A stretch of 64,000 nt of DNA, taken from assembly GCA_947169105.1 (NCBI GenBank), contig CAMVOL010000009.1, positions 11,095-75,094 of the forward strand, read 5' to 3'. Source of the stretch: an uncultured Bacteroidales bacterium. GTDB lineage: Bacteria; Bacteroidota; Bacteroidia; Bacteroidales; WCHB1-69. Shown here piece after piece: positions 36,163 through 45,379 of this stretch; positions within the stretch are counted from its first letter, which is position 1, and every line of letters begins with the position of its first letter. The notes below the pieces were generated by a model that had not been told where the DNA came from, searched no databases, and worked only from the letters and a program-made list of their open reading frames with translations. Position numbers and translations under genes: made by a program.

Positions 36163-38307
36163 TTATGCTTCCAAAATTTCCAAGATCTTGATGGCGCATT
36201 CGCTGATGATGCTGCCGGGACCGAAGATAGCGGCGGCGCCGGCCTTGTACAGGAAGTCGTAGTCCTGCGGGGGAATCACACCACCCACCACAACGATGAT
36301 GTCCTCGCGCCCCAGTTTCTTGAGCTCCTCAATCACCTGCGGAACCAGCGTCTTGTGGCCGGCAGCGAGGGAGGAAACGCCCAATACGTGGACATCGTTC
36401 TCCACCGCCTGTTTCGCGGCTTCGGCCGGCGTCTGGAACAACGGGCCCATATCCACATCGAAACCGATGTCGGCATAACCGGTGGCAACCACCTTGGCAC
36501 CGCGGTCGTGACCGTCCTGGCCCATTTTGGCCACCATAATACGGGGGCGGCGTCCCTCTTTCTTTGCGAAAGCGTCGGCCATAGCGCACGCCTTCTTGTA
36601 GGAATCGTTGTCTTGCTGTTGTGAACTGTACACGCCTGTTATCAGATTAATTTTTGCTTTGTAACGACCAAATACTTTTTCCATAGCGTAGGAAATCTCA
36701 CCGAGGGTGGCACGCTTCTTAGCAGCCTCGATGGAGAGTGCCAGCAGGTTGCCCTTGCCGGTGCTTGCGCACTCAGTGATGGCTTCCAGAATGGACTGTA
36801 CCTCCTCGTTGTTGCGGTTGGCGCGGAGTTCCTGCAAACGCTTGATCTGCGCCTCGCGCACCACAGTGTTGTCAACTTCCAGGGTTTCAATAGGATCCTC
36901 TTTCTCCAGACGGTACTTGTTGACACCGATGATGCTTTCCGTGCCGGAGTCGATGCGGGCCTGCTTGCGGGCGGCGGCCTCCTCGATACGCATCTTCGGA
37001 ATACCCGTCTCGATGGCCTTGGCCATACCGCCGAGAGATTCCACCTCCTGGATGTGCTTCCAAGCGCGGTGAGCCAGCTCGTTGGTCAACGTTTCCACGT
37101 AGTAGGAACCGGCCCACGGATCCACCACGCGGCAGACGTTGGTCTCTTCCTGAATGTAAATTTGTGTGTTACGGGCGATACGGGCACTGAAGTCGGTCGG
37201 CAGAGCGATGGCTTCGTCCAACGCGTTGGTGTGCAGTGACTGCGTATGGCCGAGGGCGGCGCCCATAGCCTCGATGCAGGTGCGGGCCACGTTGTTGAAC
37301 GGGTCCTGCTCCGTCAGCGACCACCCGGAAGTCTGCGTATGGGTACGCAGTGCCAAAGACTTGCTGTTCTTCGGGTTGAAGGTGCTCACGATCTTTGCCC
37401 ACAGCATACGGGCGGCGCGCATCTTCGCAATTTCCATAAAGTGGTTCATTCCCGAGCACCAGAAGAAGGAGAGGCGCGGAGCGAAAGCGTCGATGTCAAG
37501 GCCGGCCTTGACGCCCGTGCGGAGGTAGTCCCAACCGTCGGCCAGCGTGTAGGCCATTTCGATATCGGAGGTGGCACCGGCTTCTTGCATGTGGTAGCCG
37601 GAGATGGAGATGCTGTTGAACTTCGGCATGTTCTGCGAGGTGAACTCGAAGATGTCGGCGATAATGCGCATGGAGTGTTCCGGCGGGTAGATGTAGGTGT
37701 TACGCACCATGAACTCTTTCAGGATGTCGTTCTGGATGGTGCCTTGCAGCTCCTCGAACTTGGCGCCCTGTTCCAAAGCGGCCACTATATAGAAAGCCAG
37801 AATCGGCATCACAGCGCCGTTCATCGTCATGGAGACGGACATCTTGTTCAGCGGGATCTGGTTGAAAAGCACCTTCATATCCTCGACGGAGCAGATGCTC
37901 ACGCCGGCCTTTCCCACGTCACCGAGGACGCGTTCGTGGTCGGCGTCGTAACCGCGGTGGGTGGCCAAGTCGAAGGCCACGGAAAGACCCTTCTGTCCGG
38001 CGGCGATGTTGCGGCGGTAGAAGGCGTTGGACTCCTCAGCGGTCGAAAAACCGGCGTACTGGCGGATGGTCCACGGGCGCATCACATACATGGTGGAGTA
38101 GGGGCCGCGGAGGAAGGGCGCAATGCCGGCGGCATAATTGAGGTGCTCCATCCCTTCAAGGTCTTCCTTGCCATAGACGGGCTTGCACGGAATCTGTTCC
38201 GCCGTCATACGGTTAAAATCAATGTGGTTTTCTTTGCACCACGCCAAAAAATCTTCGTGATTCTTCGGGGCGGTCTTGTGACTTACATTACTGAAATCTG
38301 GTCGCAT
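36163..38307 (-). CDS. mutB: Methylmalonyl-CoA mutase, large subunit with B12-binding domain
   Basis: 714 aa with MCM catalytic barrel motifs ([36 protein letters not shown]) and the C-terminal cobalamin-binding motif ([15 protein letters not shown]). Confidence 0.93.
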   Translation of the reverse strand: MRPDFSNVSHKTAPKNHEDFLAWCKENHIDFNRMTAEQIPCKPVYGKEDLEGMEHLNYAAGIAPFLRGPYSTMYVMRPWTIRQYAGFSTAEESNAFYRRNIAAGQKGLSVAFDLATHRGYDADHERVLGDVGKAGVSICSVEDMKVLFNQIPLNKMSVSMTMNGAVMPILAFYIVAALEQGAKFEELQGTIQNDILKEFMVRNTYIYPPEHSMRIIADIFEFTSQNMPKFNSISISGYHMQEAGATSDIEMAYTLADGWDYLRTGVKAGLDIDAFAPRLSFFWCSGMNHFMEIAKMRAARMLWAKIVSTFNPKNSKSLALRTHTQTSGWSLTEQDPFNNVARTCIEAMGAALGHTQSLHTNALDEAIALPTDFSARIARNTQIYIQEETNVCRVVDPWAGSYYVETLTNELAHRAWKHIQEVESLGGMAKAIETGIPKMRIEEAAARKQARIDSGTESIIGVNKYRLEKEDPIETLEVDNTVVREAQIKRLQELRANRNNEEVQSILEAITECASTGKGNLLALSIEAAKKRATLGEISYAMEKVFGRYKAKINLITGVYSSQQQDNDSYKKACAMADAFAKKEGRRPRIMVAKMGQDGHDRGAKVVATGYADIGFDVDMGPLFQTPAEAAKQAVENDVHVLGVSSLAAGHKTLVPQVIEELKKLGREDIIVVVGGVIPPQDYDFLYKAGAAAIFGPGSIISECAIKILEILEA

Positions 38308-38369
38308 AAAGCTCTTATTATGGTTTGTTTGTTATTCACAAAAATGAGAGGGCAAAAATACAATTTTTT

Positions 38370-39668
38370 TTACAACCTTCCGTCAATTTGTTTTTTGTCG
38401 AGTATGCCTTTCACATCATATACGACGCCGTTTTCATTGGCAAGGAACTTTCTGACGTTCACGGTTTTGAACTGGTTGTGTGCCACAGCGAGCACCACTG
38501 CGTCGAAACGCTGCTCCAACGCCGTGAGATCACCCGACACAATGTCCACACCATACTCACGTTTCACCTCTTCGGCGTTAGCCCACGGGTCGTAAATCGT
38601 GATGTTGCGGGTGTATTCCGTAAGTGTGGAGTAGATGTCAATAATCCGCGAGTTGCGGATATCGGGGCAGTTCTCCTTGAAGGTGAAGCCGAGAATCAGG
38701 ATATTGGCATCCTTCACCATCACCCCCTTCTTGTTCATCAGCTTGATGACCTGATTGGCCACGTAGTCGCCCATGCCGTCGTTGAGGCGGCGGGCTGCCG
38801 ACATCACGCGGGGCAGCACACCATAGACCTGTGCCTTCTGGATGAGGTAGTAGGGATCGACGCTGATGCAGTGGCCGCCCACCAAGCCTGGCTGCAGCTT
38901 GATGAAGTTCCACTTGGAGGCCGCCGCCTCGATTACGTCGTGCGTGTCAATGCCCATGGCATTGAAGATTTTCGCCAGTTCATTCATGAAGGCGATGTTC
39001 ACGTCACGCTGCGAGTTTTCGATGATTTTCGACGCTTCCGCCACTTTGATGGAGCTGGCTTTGTGCGTGCCGTTCACCAATACGGAATTGTACAGAGCGT
39101 CCACGAAATCCGCCACTTCCGGCGTAGAGCCGGAGGTTACCTTTTTGATCTTCTCCACCGTATGCTCCTTGTCGCCCGGATTGATACGTTCGGGGGAGTA
39201 GCCGGCGAAGAAATCGGTGTTGAACGTCAGTCCCGACACTTTTTCGACCACAGGGAGGCACTCCTCTTCCGTCACGCCCGGATAAACTGTGGATTCGTAG
39301 ATCACCACGTCGTTTTTGCTGATCACCTGTCCGACGGTGGTGCTGGCACCGATGAGCGGCGAAAGGTCGGGATTGTTGTTGTGATCGACGGGGGTGGGAA
39401 CGGCCACGATATAGACGTTGCAGCGGCGTATCGCCTCAAGGTTGGAGGTGCAGACAAAGCCGTTGCGGATGGCTTCCTGAAGAAGGTTGTCATCGACCTC
39501 GCGGGTGGTGTCGTGTCCGGACATCAGGGTGGCGACGCGCGCTGGGTTGCGGTCGTACCCGACGGTGCGGAAACGGGTGGAAAAGAGGCGGGCGAGCGGG
39601 AGGCCCACATAGCCCAATCCAATCACGCCGATGCAGATGTCTTTATTGTCAATCGTTTTCATTTTCAA
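38370..39668 (-). CDS. Nucleotide-sugar dehydrogenase (UDP-N-acetyl-hexosamine dehydrogenase-like, TviB/WbpO/CapL group)
   Basis: 432 aa with N-terminal IGVIGLGYVGLPLA Rossmann motif and a catalytic-Cys region (PGLVGGHCISVDPYYL). It belongs to the UDP-glucose/GDP-mannose dehydrogenase family. Confidence 0.82.
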   Translation of the reverse strand: MKMKTIDNKDICIGVIGLGYVGLPLARLFSTRFRTVGYDRNPARVATLMSGHDTTREVDDNLLQEAIRNGFVCTSNLEAIRRCNVYIVAVPTPVDHNNNPDLSPLIGASTTVGQVISKNDVVIYESTVYPGVTEEECLPVVEKVSGLTFNTDFFAGYSPERINPGDKEHTVEKIKKVTSGSTPEVADFVDALYNSVLVNGTHKASSIKVAEASKIIENSQRDVNIAFMNELAKIFNAMGIDTHDVIEAAASKWNFIKLQPGLVGGHCISVDPYYLIQKAQVYGVLPRVMSAARRLNDGMGDYVANQVIKLMNKKGVMVKDANILILGFTFKENCPDIRNSRIIDIYSTLTEYTRNITIYDPWANAEEVKREYGVDIVSGDLTALEQRFDAVVLAVAHNQFKTVNVRKFLANENGVVYDVKGILDKKQIDGRL

Positions 39669-39679
39669 TATTTTATAAT

Positions 39680-39711
39680 AAAAAAAAGAGACTGTATGGA
39701 AACAGTCTCTT
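39680..39711 (-). terminator. Rho-independent terminator after the ExbB-ExbD cluster
   Basis: Stem AGAGACTGT / ACAGTCTCT with a 6-nt loop. The minus strand continues with a T-run (tttttttt). Confidence 0.75.
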
Positions 39712-39731
39712 ACGGTTTTGACAAGTGAATT

Positions 39732-40232
39732 TTACTTTTCGTTCTTCTTGTCTTTCTTGGTTGCATAATTGATTTTCAGTGCGTTGTTTTCACGCAGCTC
39801 CTGCTTGAGGATGTTTACGTAGCGCATCTGAACTTCTTGGTCAATTTTGAGGGAGTAGGTGATGGTGTTGGGGTCCTTGCCTTTGTTGGCGCAGGATTCG
39901 CGCTCACCCTTGATAAAATCCGAAACGTCCCTTCTCATGATCTCAGCGCGGGTGCTGGCGAACTTGTCATTGAGCTGGATGGAGACCTTTTCGTCGATGG
40001 CAGGGATACCCGCACGTTTCGGCGCGCCCATATAGATGGTAGCGATGGAGGACTTCTTTTCCAGTTTCTGATATTCCGTAGCGTGGGGCGCGGTGAACTT
40101 CACGGCGGCATCGCTTTCTCTCATGGTGGTGATCACCATAAAGAAGAAGAGGAACATGAAGATGATATCTGACATGGAGCTGTTGTTGATTTCCGGCAGC
40201 TCCTTTTTACCATTTTTCTTAAAACGAGCCAT
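39732..40232 (-). CDS. exbD: Biopolymer transport protein ExbD/TolR
   Basis: 166 aa with an N-terminal TM segment (MSDIIFMFLFFFMVITT) and an ExbD periplasmic domain. Confidence 0.82.
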   Translation of the reverse strand: MARFKKNGKKELPEINNSSMSDIIFMFLFFFMVITTMRESDAAVKFTAPHATEYQKLEKKSSIATIYMGAPKRAGIPAIDEKVSIQLNDKFASTRAEIMRRDVSDFIKGERESCANKGKDPNTITYSLKIDQEVQMRYVNILKQELRENNALKINYATKKDKKNEK

Positions 40233-40247
40233 AGTGTTCGAATTTTA

Positions 40248-40820
40248 TTATTTACTGGTAGCTTCGGAGATATTGATCGGAATCGCTTCTTGGACAGCCT
40301 TTTTCTCATCGGGAGCCAGCTTCTCATATTTCTGACCGAAATAGTTGAGGGCGGTCTCGTCGCGGAGCTCGTTGACCGCTTTTTGCAGTTCGTTCTGCAC
40401 CAGAATGTAGGTGGCGAACGTGGTACTGTTATCGTTGGTCAGAGAGATAACCCCTTTGGAGACGGCGAAGGTTCCCAATCCGTCAATCTGTTTGACCGTC
40501 TTTTCGGGCAGATTGTCGGCGTTACGCGGGTTGGCCAAGAATTCCTTTGCAATATCCTTCAATTTCGCGGCGATTTCCTCCTTTTTGAGGATCTGCGTCT
40601 TGTTGATGAGCACATCGTCATTCTTGTTCACGAGGATGGTGAGGATGTTACGCTCACGGATATCCTCCTGCTGCTGTTTCTCCTGATTGGAGATTTTGGG
40701 CAACAGACGGGGAATACCCTGCTCGTTGGTGATGGACGATGTCAACAAGAAGAAGGTCAACAGCAGGAAGGAGATGTCGGCCGACGAACTTGTGTTCAAT
40801 GAGGGCATTTTTCTTGACAT
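40248..40820 (-). CDS. exbD: Biopolymer transport protein ExbD/TolR (second copy)
   Basis: 190 aa with LNTSSSADISFLLLTFFLLTS and a periplasmic domain (ILVNKNDDVLINK...). Confidence 0.82.
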   Translation of the reverse strand: MSRKMPSLNTSSSADISFLLLTFFLLTSSITNEQGIPRLLPKISNQEKQQQEDIRERNILTILVNKNDDVLINKTQILKKEEIAAKLKDIAKEFLANPRNADNLPEKTVKQIDGLGTFAVSKGVISLTNDNSTTFATYILVQNELQKAVNELRDETALNYFGQKYEKLAPDEKKAVQEAIPINISEATSK

Positions 40821-40826
40821 AATCGC

Positions 40827-41786
40827 TTATTTAAGGGATTTTTTATCACGGATTGCGCTGATAATCGGGGCGGCGATAATCGTGGCAATGGCTGCAAAGA
40901 AGACGATATAGGTGAAATAGACAGCTGCTTCAATGAGGCGGGCGGTTTCAGGGGCAATCTGCAGCTTGATGAACACGTCGTCCAGAATCGGAGAGGCGCA
41001 GAGGTAGCAGATGACGAAGAGCACCACCAAGGCGATGATGGCCACCAATGCCTTATACGAAGTCTTGAGGTTCTTGGCTATACGCATGACAGCGAAGAAC
41101 AACAGGGCTGCGATGGCAAAGAACAGCATGATGTAGAACAGGGTGAAGGAAGTGTTGAGCAGGCGGTTGCTGGAGACCTGCGATTTCTTCACGAAGCTCT
41201 GGAAATCAGCTAATTGGTTTGCCTTCAGTTCGGCAGAATTAAGTTCGGCGATGGCGGTGGTGGCATCTTGCACCACTTTCAGGGCGTTGCGATAGGCCTC
41301 TTTCTGAAGATAGGCCTGACGAACGCTGTTATACTCCTGTTCCAAGTTTACCAAATATTTGGTAAGTCCTTTGAAATCAGAAACTTTATTGAATTCCTCA
41401 ACGTATTTGCCTTCGGTGTCGAACTGGTCGAGTAAAACCTTGACATTGGCAGGATAACCGGCTTTGAAACCGTCGAAGTTGTCGGCATTCAGAGCCTTGA
41501 GGGTGGACAGATAATCGTAGAAGCTTTCCTTTGCCTTCTTTTCGCTTCTCAGCTCGCCGTCCAGTTCTGATGCGACAGTCTGGCATTTTTCTACGTAGGC
41601 GGGCAGAGTTTCGGGGGTGGTGGCAGACAGCTCGCTGAGGAGTTCAGGGTTGTTGTCGTGCAACACACCGACGGCCTTGTACTGGTTGATCTTGTCGCTG
41701 TCGAACATGGCGGCATAGATGATGGCCAATACGCAAGCAATTGCGGCTATAGCGAAAATGACAATATTTACTATTCTTCTTGTCAT
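40827..41786 (-). CDS. Hypothetical multi-pass membrane protein embedded in the ExbB-ExbD cluster
   Basis: 319 aa with an N-terminal TM segment, a ~190-aa helical soluble region and three or four C-terminal TM segments. No family is recognised. Confidence 0.6.
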   Translation of the reverse strand: MTRRIVNIVIFAIAAIACVLAIIYAAMFDSDKINQYKAVGVLHDNNPELLSELSATTPETLPAYVEKCQTVASELDGELRSEKKAKESFYDYLSTLKALNADNFDGFKAGYPANVKVLLDQFDTEGKYVEEFNKVSDFKGLTKYLVNLEQEYNSVRQAYLQKEAYRNALKVVQDATTAIAELNSAELKANQLADFQSFVKKSQVSSNRLLNTSFTLFYIMLFFAIAALLFFAVMRIAKNLKTSYKALVAIIALVVLFVICYLCASPILDDVFIKLQIAPETARLIEAAVYFTYIVFFAAIATIIAAPIISAIRDKKSLK

Positions 41787-41825
41787 AGTGTTAGTTTTGA
41801 AGATTTATAATTGGGGAATTATAAA

Positions 41826-42656
41826 TTATTTTTTGTTGTAATTAACCATGATATCCATGAAACCGATGGTGGCGTTTTCCATATCGTTGACGATACCGTC
41901 AATCTTGGAGAGGATGTAGTTGTAGAAAATCTGAAGGATGACAGCGGTGATCAAACCGAACACGGTGGTCAACAGAGCGACCTTCATACCGCCAGCCACA
42001 ACGGTGGGGCTGATATCACCCTGACGTTCAATGTTATCGAAAGCGCCGACCATACCGATAACGGTACCCATGAAACCTAACTGGGTAGCGAGGGCCATGC
42101 AGAGGCTCAGCCAGCTCAGGTTCTTTTCGAGGCGGCCCATTTCAACACCGCCGTAGGCAACGAGGGATTTCTCAACGGAATCAAGACCTTCGTCGTAGCG
42201 GTCGAGACCCTGATAGAAGACGCCGGCGAGGGGTCCTTTGGTGTCGCGGCACACTTCCTTGGCCTTCTCAACACCGCCGTTCTTCATGGCTTCTTCAACT
42301 TTGGCAAGTAATTTCTGGGAATTGGTGCTGGCAAGGTTGAGGTAGAAAATACGTTCGATGGCGAAAGCCAGACCGAGAACCAAGCAGATCAACACCGGGG
42401 TCATCCACAACGGATCACCTTCAGCAAATTTGTCTTTCAAAACGTAGTGAAGGCTCTTTTCGACAGAAGTGTTCTGGTCTTCAGCCTTGACGATGTGTGC
42501 CTGTTCAGCAGCAGCGGGTGCAGCTTCCTGCGCTTCAGTCACTTGTTCGGTTGCCGGTTCTTCAGCAGCCTTCTTGTCATTCTGTGCAATGGTCACATTG
42601 TTGATGCCGAAAGCAAAGATGGCAAAAACGGCAAATAATGCAATAAGTTTTTTCAT
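41826..42656 (-). CDS. exbB: MotA/TolQ/ExbB proton-channel family protein
   Basis: 276 aa with a signal peptide plus an Ala/Glu-rich N-terminal extension, then an ExbB core (GLAFAIERIFYL...LGFMGTVIGMVGAF...ALLTTVFGL). Confidence 0.88.
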   Translation of the reverse strand: MKKLIALFAVFAIFAFGINNVTIAQNDKKAAEEPATEQVTEAQEAAPAAAEQAHIVKAEDQNTSVEKSLHYVLKDKFAEGDPLWMTPVLICLVLGLAFAIERIFYLNLASTNSQKLLAKVEEAMKNGGVEKAKEVCRDTKGPLAGVFYQGLDRYDEGLDSVEKSLVAYGGVEMGRLEKNLSWLSLCMALATQLGFMGTVIGMVGAFDNIERQGDISPTVVAGGMKVALLTTVFGLITAVILQIFYNYILSKIDGIVNDMENATIGFMDIMVNYNKK

Positions 42657-42716
42657 AATACTTGTTTTGTTGTTGATTTGATTTTTGATAATTTGTTCCT
42701 TTTCAATAAATTAATT

Positions 42717-42807
42717 TGGCGGAGAGATAGGGATTCGAACCCTAGAAGCGCTTTCGGCGCTTACACACTTTCCAGGCGTGCGCCTTCGACCACTCGGCCA
42801 TCTCTCC
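42717..42807 (-). tRNA. tRNA-Ser (anticodon GGA), CCA encoded
   Basis: The minus strand reads GGAGAGA...TCTCTCC GCCA. Anticodon stem CACGC/GTGTG with loop CTGGAAA, a long variable arm (TAAGCGCCGAAAGCGCTTC), and T-arm TAGGG-TTCGAAT-CCCTA. Confidence 0.9.
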
Positions 42808-42903
42808 ATGTGCTAAAAAATGCGGGTGCGAAATTACAAAAAAATAATTTTGTTTCTTTACACACCCCATTATTTTTTTAATGGCATTTAAATTATTGTA
42901 TAT

Positions 42904-42947
42904 CAAAAAAATACGTCCTGTCAAGAAGGTGTATTCCCGACAGGACG
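42904..42947 (-). terminator. Rho-independent terminator after the long GAPDH-like gene
   Basis: 9-bp stem CGTCCTGTC / GACAGGACG with a 16-nt loop. A T-run follows on the minus strand. Confidence 0.65.
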
Positions 42948-42955
42948 GTCTTTTC

Positions 42956-44206
42956 TTAATCCAAACTTGAGGCAATATATTCCGTCAGTTTGCCCAAACA
43001 GGTGACGTAGCTGCCGAACTCGTTGTCGTACCAGCCGAACACCTTGGCGTGGGTGACGGGGATGTTGATGTCCTTGAAATCGGATACATGAAGCGACTGC
43101 AAAATCTCAGCAGGAATCTTGAGGAAACCGGTGCGGGTGTGGATCTCCTTGCCTTCGATAGTGATGGCGGCGGGCAGGCCGAGCAGGTCCATCGAGACGT
43201 TCTGCTTCATCGAGAAGCGGAGCAGCCCCTTCTGTTCGCCTTCGGCGGCGCGACGGTAGATGTCGCGGATGTAGTCACCGGAGATGTACGGCACGCCGCG
43301 CTCGTTCATCCGGGAGTTGAAGGTGATGTTGAGGGCGATGAGCGACACCGACGGAGTGGGGATGCGGATGGAGTCGGCCATAAAGCCGAAGTGGGCGGTC
43401 TGCGGGATCACCTTCTCCAAGGTCTTGGCCGCACCCGTGGATGACAATATTATATTATTAAGCACGGAACGGTTCTTGCGGAGGTCGGAGGCGGCGGCAC
43501 TCGGCACGGCATCCAACACGCTCTGGGTGTTGGTGGCAGCGTGTACTGTTGACAAGGACGCCGTCAGCACGTTGTTGGTTTCGGGGTCGTCCAGAAGGGG
43601 CTTGATCATGTGGGCCAGGCCGGTCGTGGTGCAGCTGGCCGCCGAAATTACCTTGTGGACGGAGGGGTCGAAACAGGTGTGGTTGATACCATATATTAAG
43701 GTAGGAGTTTCTTCCGCGTTGAAGTCGGTTTTCTTGATCTTGAACGGGGCGCTGGCGATGACGTGCTCGGCACCGGCGGTGAGGTGGCCAAGGATGCTGC
43801 CTTTGCCTTCGTTGTCTTCCAACGACGGGTCAAGGAACTTTCCGGTGCAGTCCACCACCACGCGGACACCCTCTTCCTTCCAGTTGATGTTGCGGGGGTT
43901 CCGTTCGGTCATCAAAACCTTGATGGGCAGCCCGTCAATTTCGACGATGTGCTTCTCGCTATCGACAATCTCCACTTTGATCTGCTTGCCAGCCCGTCCG
44001 TAAAGGAAGAGGCTGAGGTTGCCGTAGGTGGAGTCGGTGGTCAGCGACTGGACAAGGTCTTCCAGACTTTTACCGACCTCGCGACCCACATTGAGGACGA
44101 TGCCGTCGAACTTGCGGGAGAGGAGGTGGTGCCAAAGGGTTAGTTTTCCGATACGCCCGGCTCCGTTGATGCCGAGCAGATTCTTTTGGTGAAGTACGAT
44201 ACTCAT
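42956..44206 (-). CDS. Glyceraldehyde-3-phosphate dehydrogenase family protein, long (416-aa) form
   Basis: INGAGRIGK Rossmann start, catalytic SAASCTTTG, TVHAATNTQ, retained SSTGAAK loop and a WYDNEFGY C-terminal motif. Several insertions make it longer than a ~335-aa GAPDH. Confidence 0.8.
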   Translation of the reverse strand: MSIVLHQKNLLGINGAGRIGKLTLWHHLLSRKFDGIVLNVGREVGKSLEDLVQSLTTDSTYGNLSLFLYGRAGKQIKVEIVDSEKHIVEIDGLPIKVLMTERNPRNINWKEEGVRVVVDCTGKFLDPSLEDNEGKGSILGHLTAGAEHVIASAPFKIKKTDFNAEETPTLIYGINHTCFDPSVHKVISAASCTTTGLAHMIKPLLDDPETNNVLTASLSTVHAATNTQSVLDAVPSAAASDLRKNRSVLNNIILSSTGAAKTLEKVIPQTAHFGFMADSIRIPTPSVSLIALNITFNSRMNERGVPYISGDYIRDIYRRAAEGEQKGLLRFSMKQNVSMDLLGLPAAITIEGKEIHTRTGFLKIPAEILQSLHVSDFKDINIPVTHAKVFGWYDNEFGSYVTCLGKLTEYIASSLD

Positions 44207-44242
44207 AATATTTTGGTTTTTAATTATTTCTATAAAAGAATT

Positions 44243-45184
44243 TTACACATTGCCGACCTCAAAATGGGAGGCGATGGAGGTCTTGTCAATGACGCTCTGG
44301 ATGACATCGCCGATGAGGTTGGCCACGCTTAGGACGATGAATTTGTCGGAGGGGCGTTTCATCGGGATGGTGTCAGTGATGATGAACTTGTCCACGATGG
44401 AATTTTCGAGCTTGTCGAGGGCGTCACCGGAGAGAAGGGCGTGGGTGCACATCACATAGACCTGTTTGGCGCCGCACTCTTTGACGCGGGCGGCGGCTTT
44501 GCAGATGGTGCCGCCAGTGTCGATGATGTCGTCAAGCAGAATGACGTTTTTCCCTTCCACATTGCCGATAATCTGGAGATTGGAGACCTCGTTGGCCTTC
44601 ACGCGCTGTTTGAAGCCGATGGCAAAGTCGCAGTCGAGTGCCTTGGCGAACACGGAGGCGCGCTTGGTGCCGCCGGTGTCGGGGGAGACGATGCAGAGGT
44701 TGTCCCAGTTAAGGCTGCGGATATAGGGGAGAAATACGGAAGAGGCGAAAAGGTGGTCAACGGGGACTTCGAAGAAACCCTGTATCTGGTCGGCATGCAA
44801 GTCCATGGTGATGAGGCGGTTGATGCCGGCGGCGGTGAGAAGGTTGGCCATCAGTTTGGAACCGATGGAGGTTCTCGGCTTGTCCTTGCGGTCCTGCCGT
44901 GAGTAGCCGAAGTAGGGCACCACGGCGATAATCTCGGCGGCGGAGGCGCGCTTGGCGGCGTCAATCAGGATGAGAAGCTCAAGGATATTTTCAGCAGGGG
45001 AGAAGGTGGGCTGGATGATGAAGACGTGCCGGCCACGGATGGTTTCGTTGTAATAGGCCTGAATTTCACCGTCCTTGAACTGCACGATTTCCTCATTCAG
45101 AAGGTTAAGGCCCAGATGGGCGGCAATTTTCTCGGCCAGCGGACGGTTCGCCCGACCCGTTACAAGAGCAATTTCCGATTTCAT
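44243..45184 (-). CDS. prs: Ribose-phosphate pyrophosphokinase
   Basis: 313 aa with YFGYSRQDRK, DLHADQIQGFF and the PRPP-binding loop VILLDDIIDTGGT. Confidence 0.93.
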   Translation of the reverse strand: MKSEIALVTGRANRPLAEKIAAHLGLNLLNEEIVQFKDGEIQAYYNETIRGRHVFIIQPTFSPAENILELLILIDAAKRASAAEIIAVVPYFGYSRQDRKDKPRTSIGSKLMANLLTAAGINRLITMDLHADQIQGFFEVPVDHLFASSVFLPYIRSLNWDNLCIVSPDTGGTKRASVFAKALDCDFAIGFKQRVKANEVSNLQIIGNVEGKNVILLDDIIDTGGTICKAAARVKECGAKQVYVMCTHALLSGDALDKLENSIVDKFIITDTIPMKRPSDKFIVLSVANLIGDVIQSVIDKTSIASHFEVGNV

Positions 45185-45296
45185 AAGTTGTTGGTTTTAA
45201 ATCAGGTTGTTGAAAAGGATGACAGCCGCAAATATATAACTTTATCGCGATAATGTTTCAATAATATTTTAATTTTTTTAGGATTGCATCCTCTTT

Positions 45297-45347
45297 CAAA
45301 CTTTATAACTTTATGAACTTGAAACTTTATAAACTTTATGAACTTTT
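45297..45347 (+). repeat. AACTTTAT-type short-period repeat tract directly upstream of the ugd promoter box
   Basis: caaactttataactttatgaacttgaaactttataaactttatgaacttttg contains the 14-mer aactttatgaactt twice. Confidence 0.65.
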
Positions 45348-45351
45348 GTTG

Positions 45352-45359
45352 TATTTTTG
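45352..45359 (+). promoter_or_regulatory. -7 promoter box (TATTTTTG) for ugd
   Basis: ttgttgTATTTTTGCACCCC lies 21 nt upstream of ATG 45380. Confidence 0.55.
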
Positions 45360-45379
45360 CACCCCTAATTTTAAATGAT

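Noticed and set aside
37246-39728. Long + strand ORFs 37246-38595 (449 aa) and 38325-39728 (467 aa).
   Set aside because: They lie opposite methylmalonyl-CoA mutase and the nucleotide-sugar dehydrogenase. Both of those have unmistakable family motifs on the minus strand. The + products are low-complexity (G/V/H/R/A-rich), as is typical of GC3-rich antisense frames.
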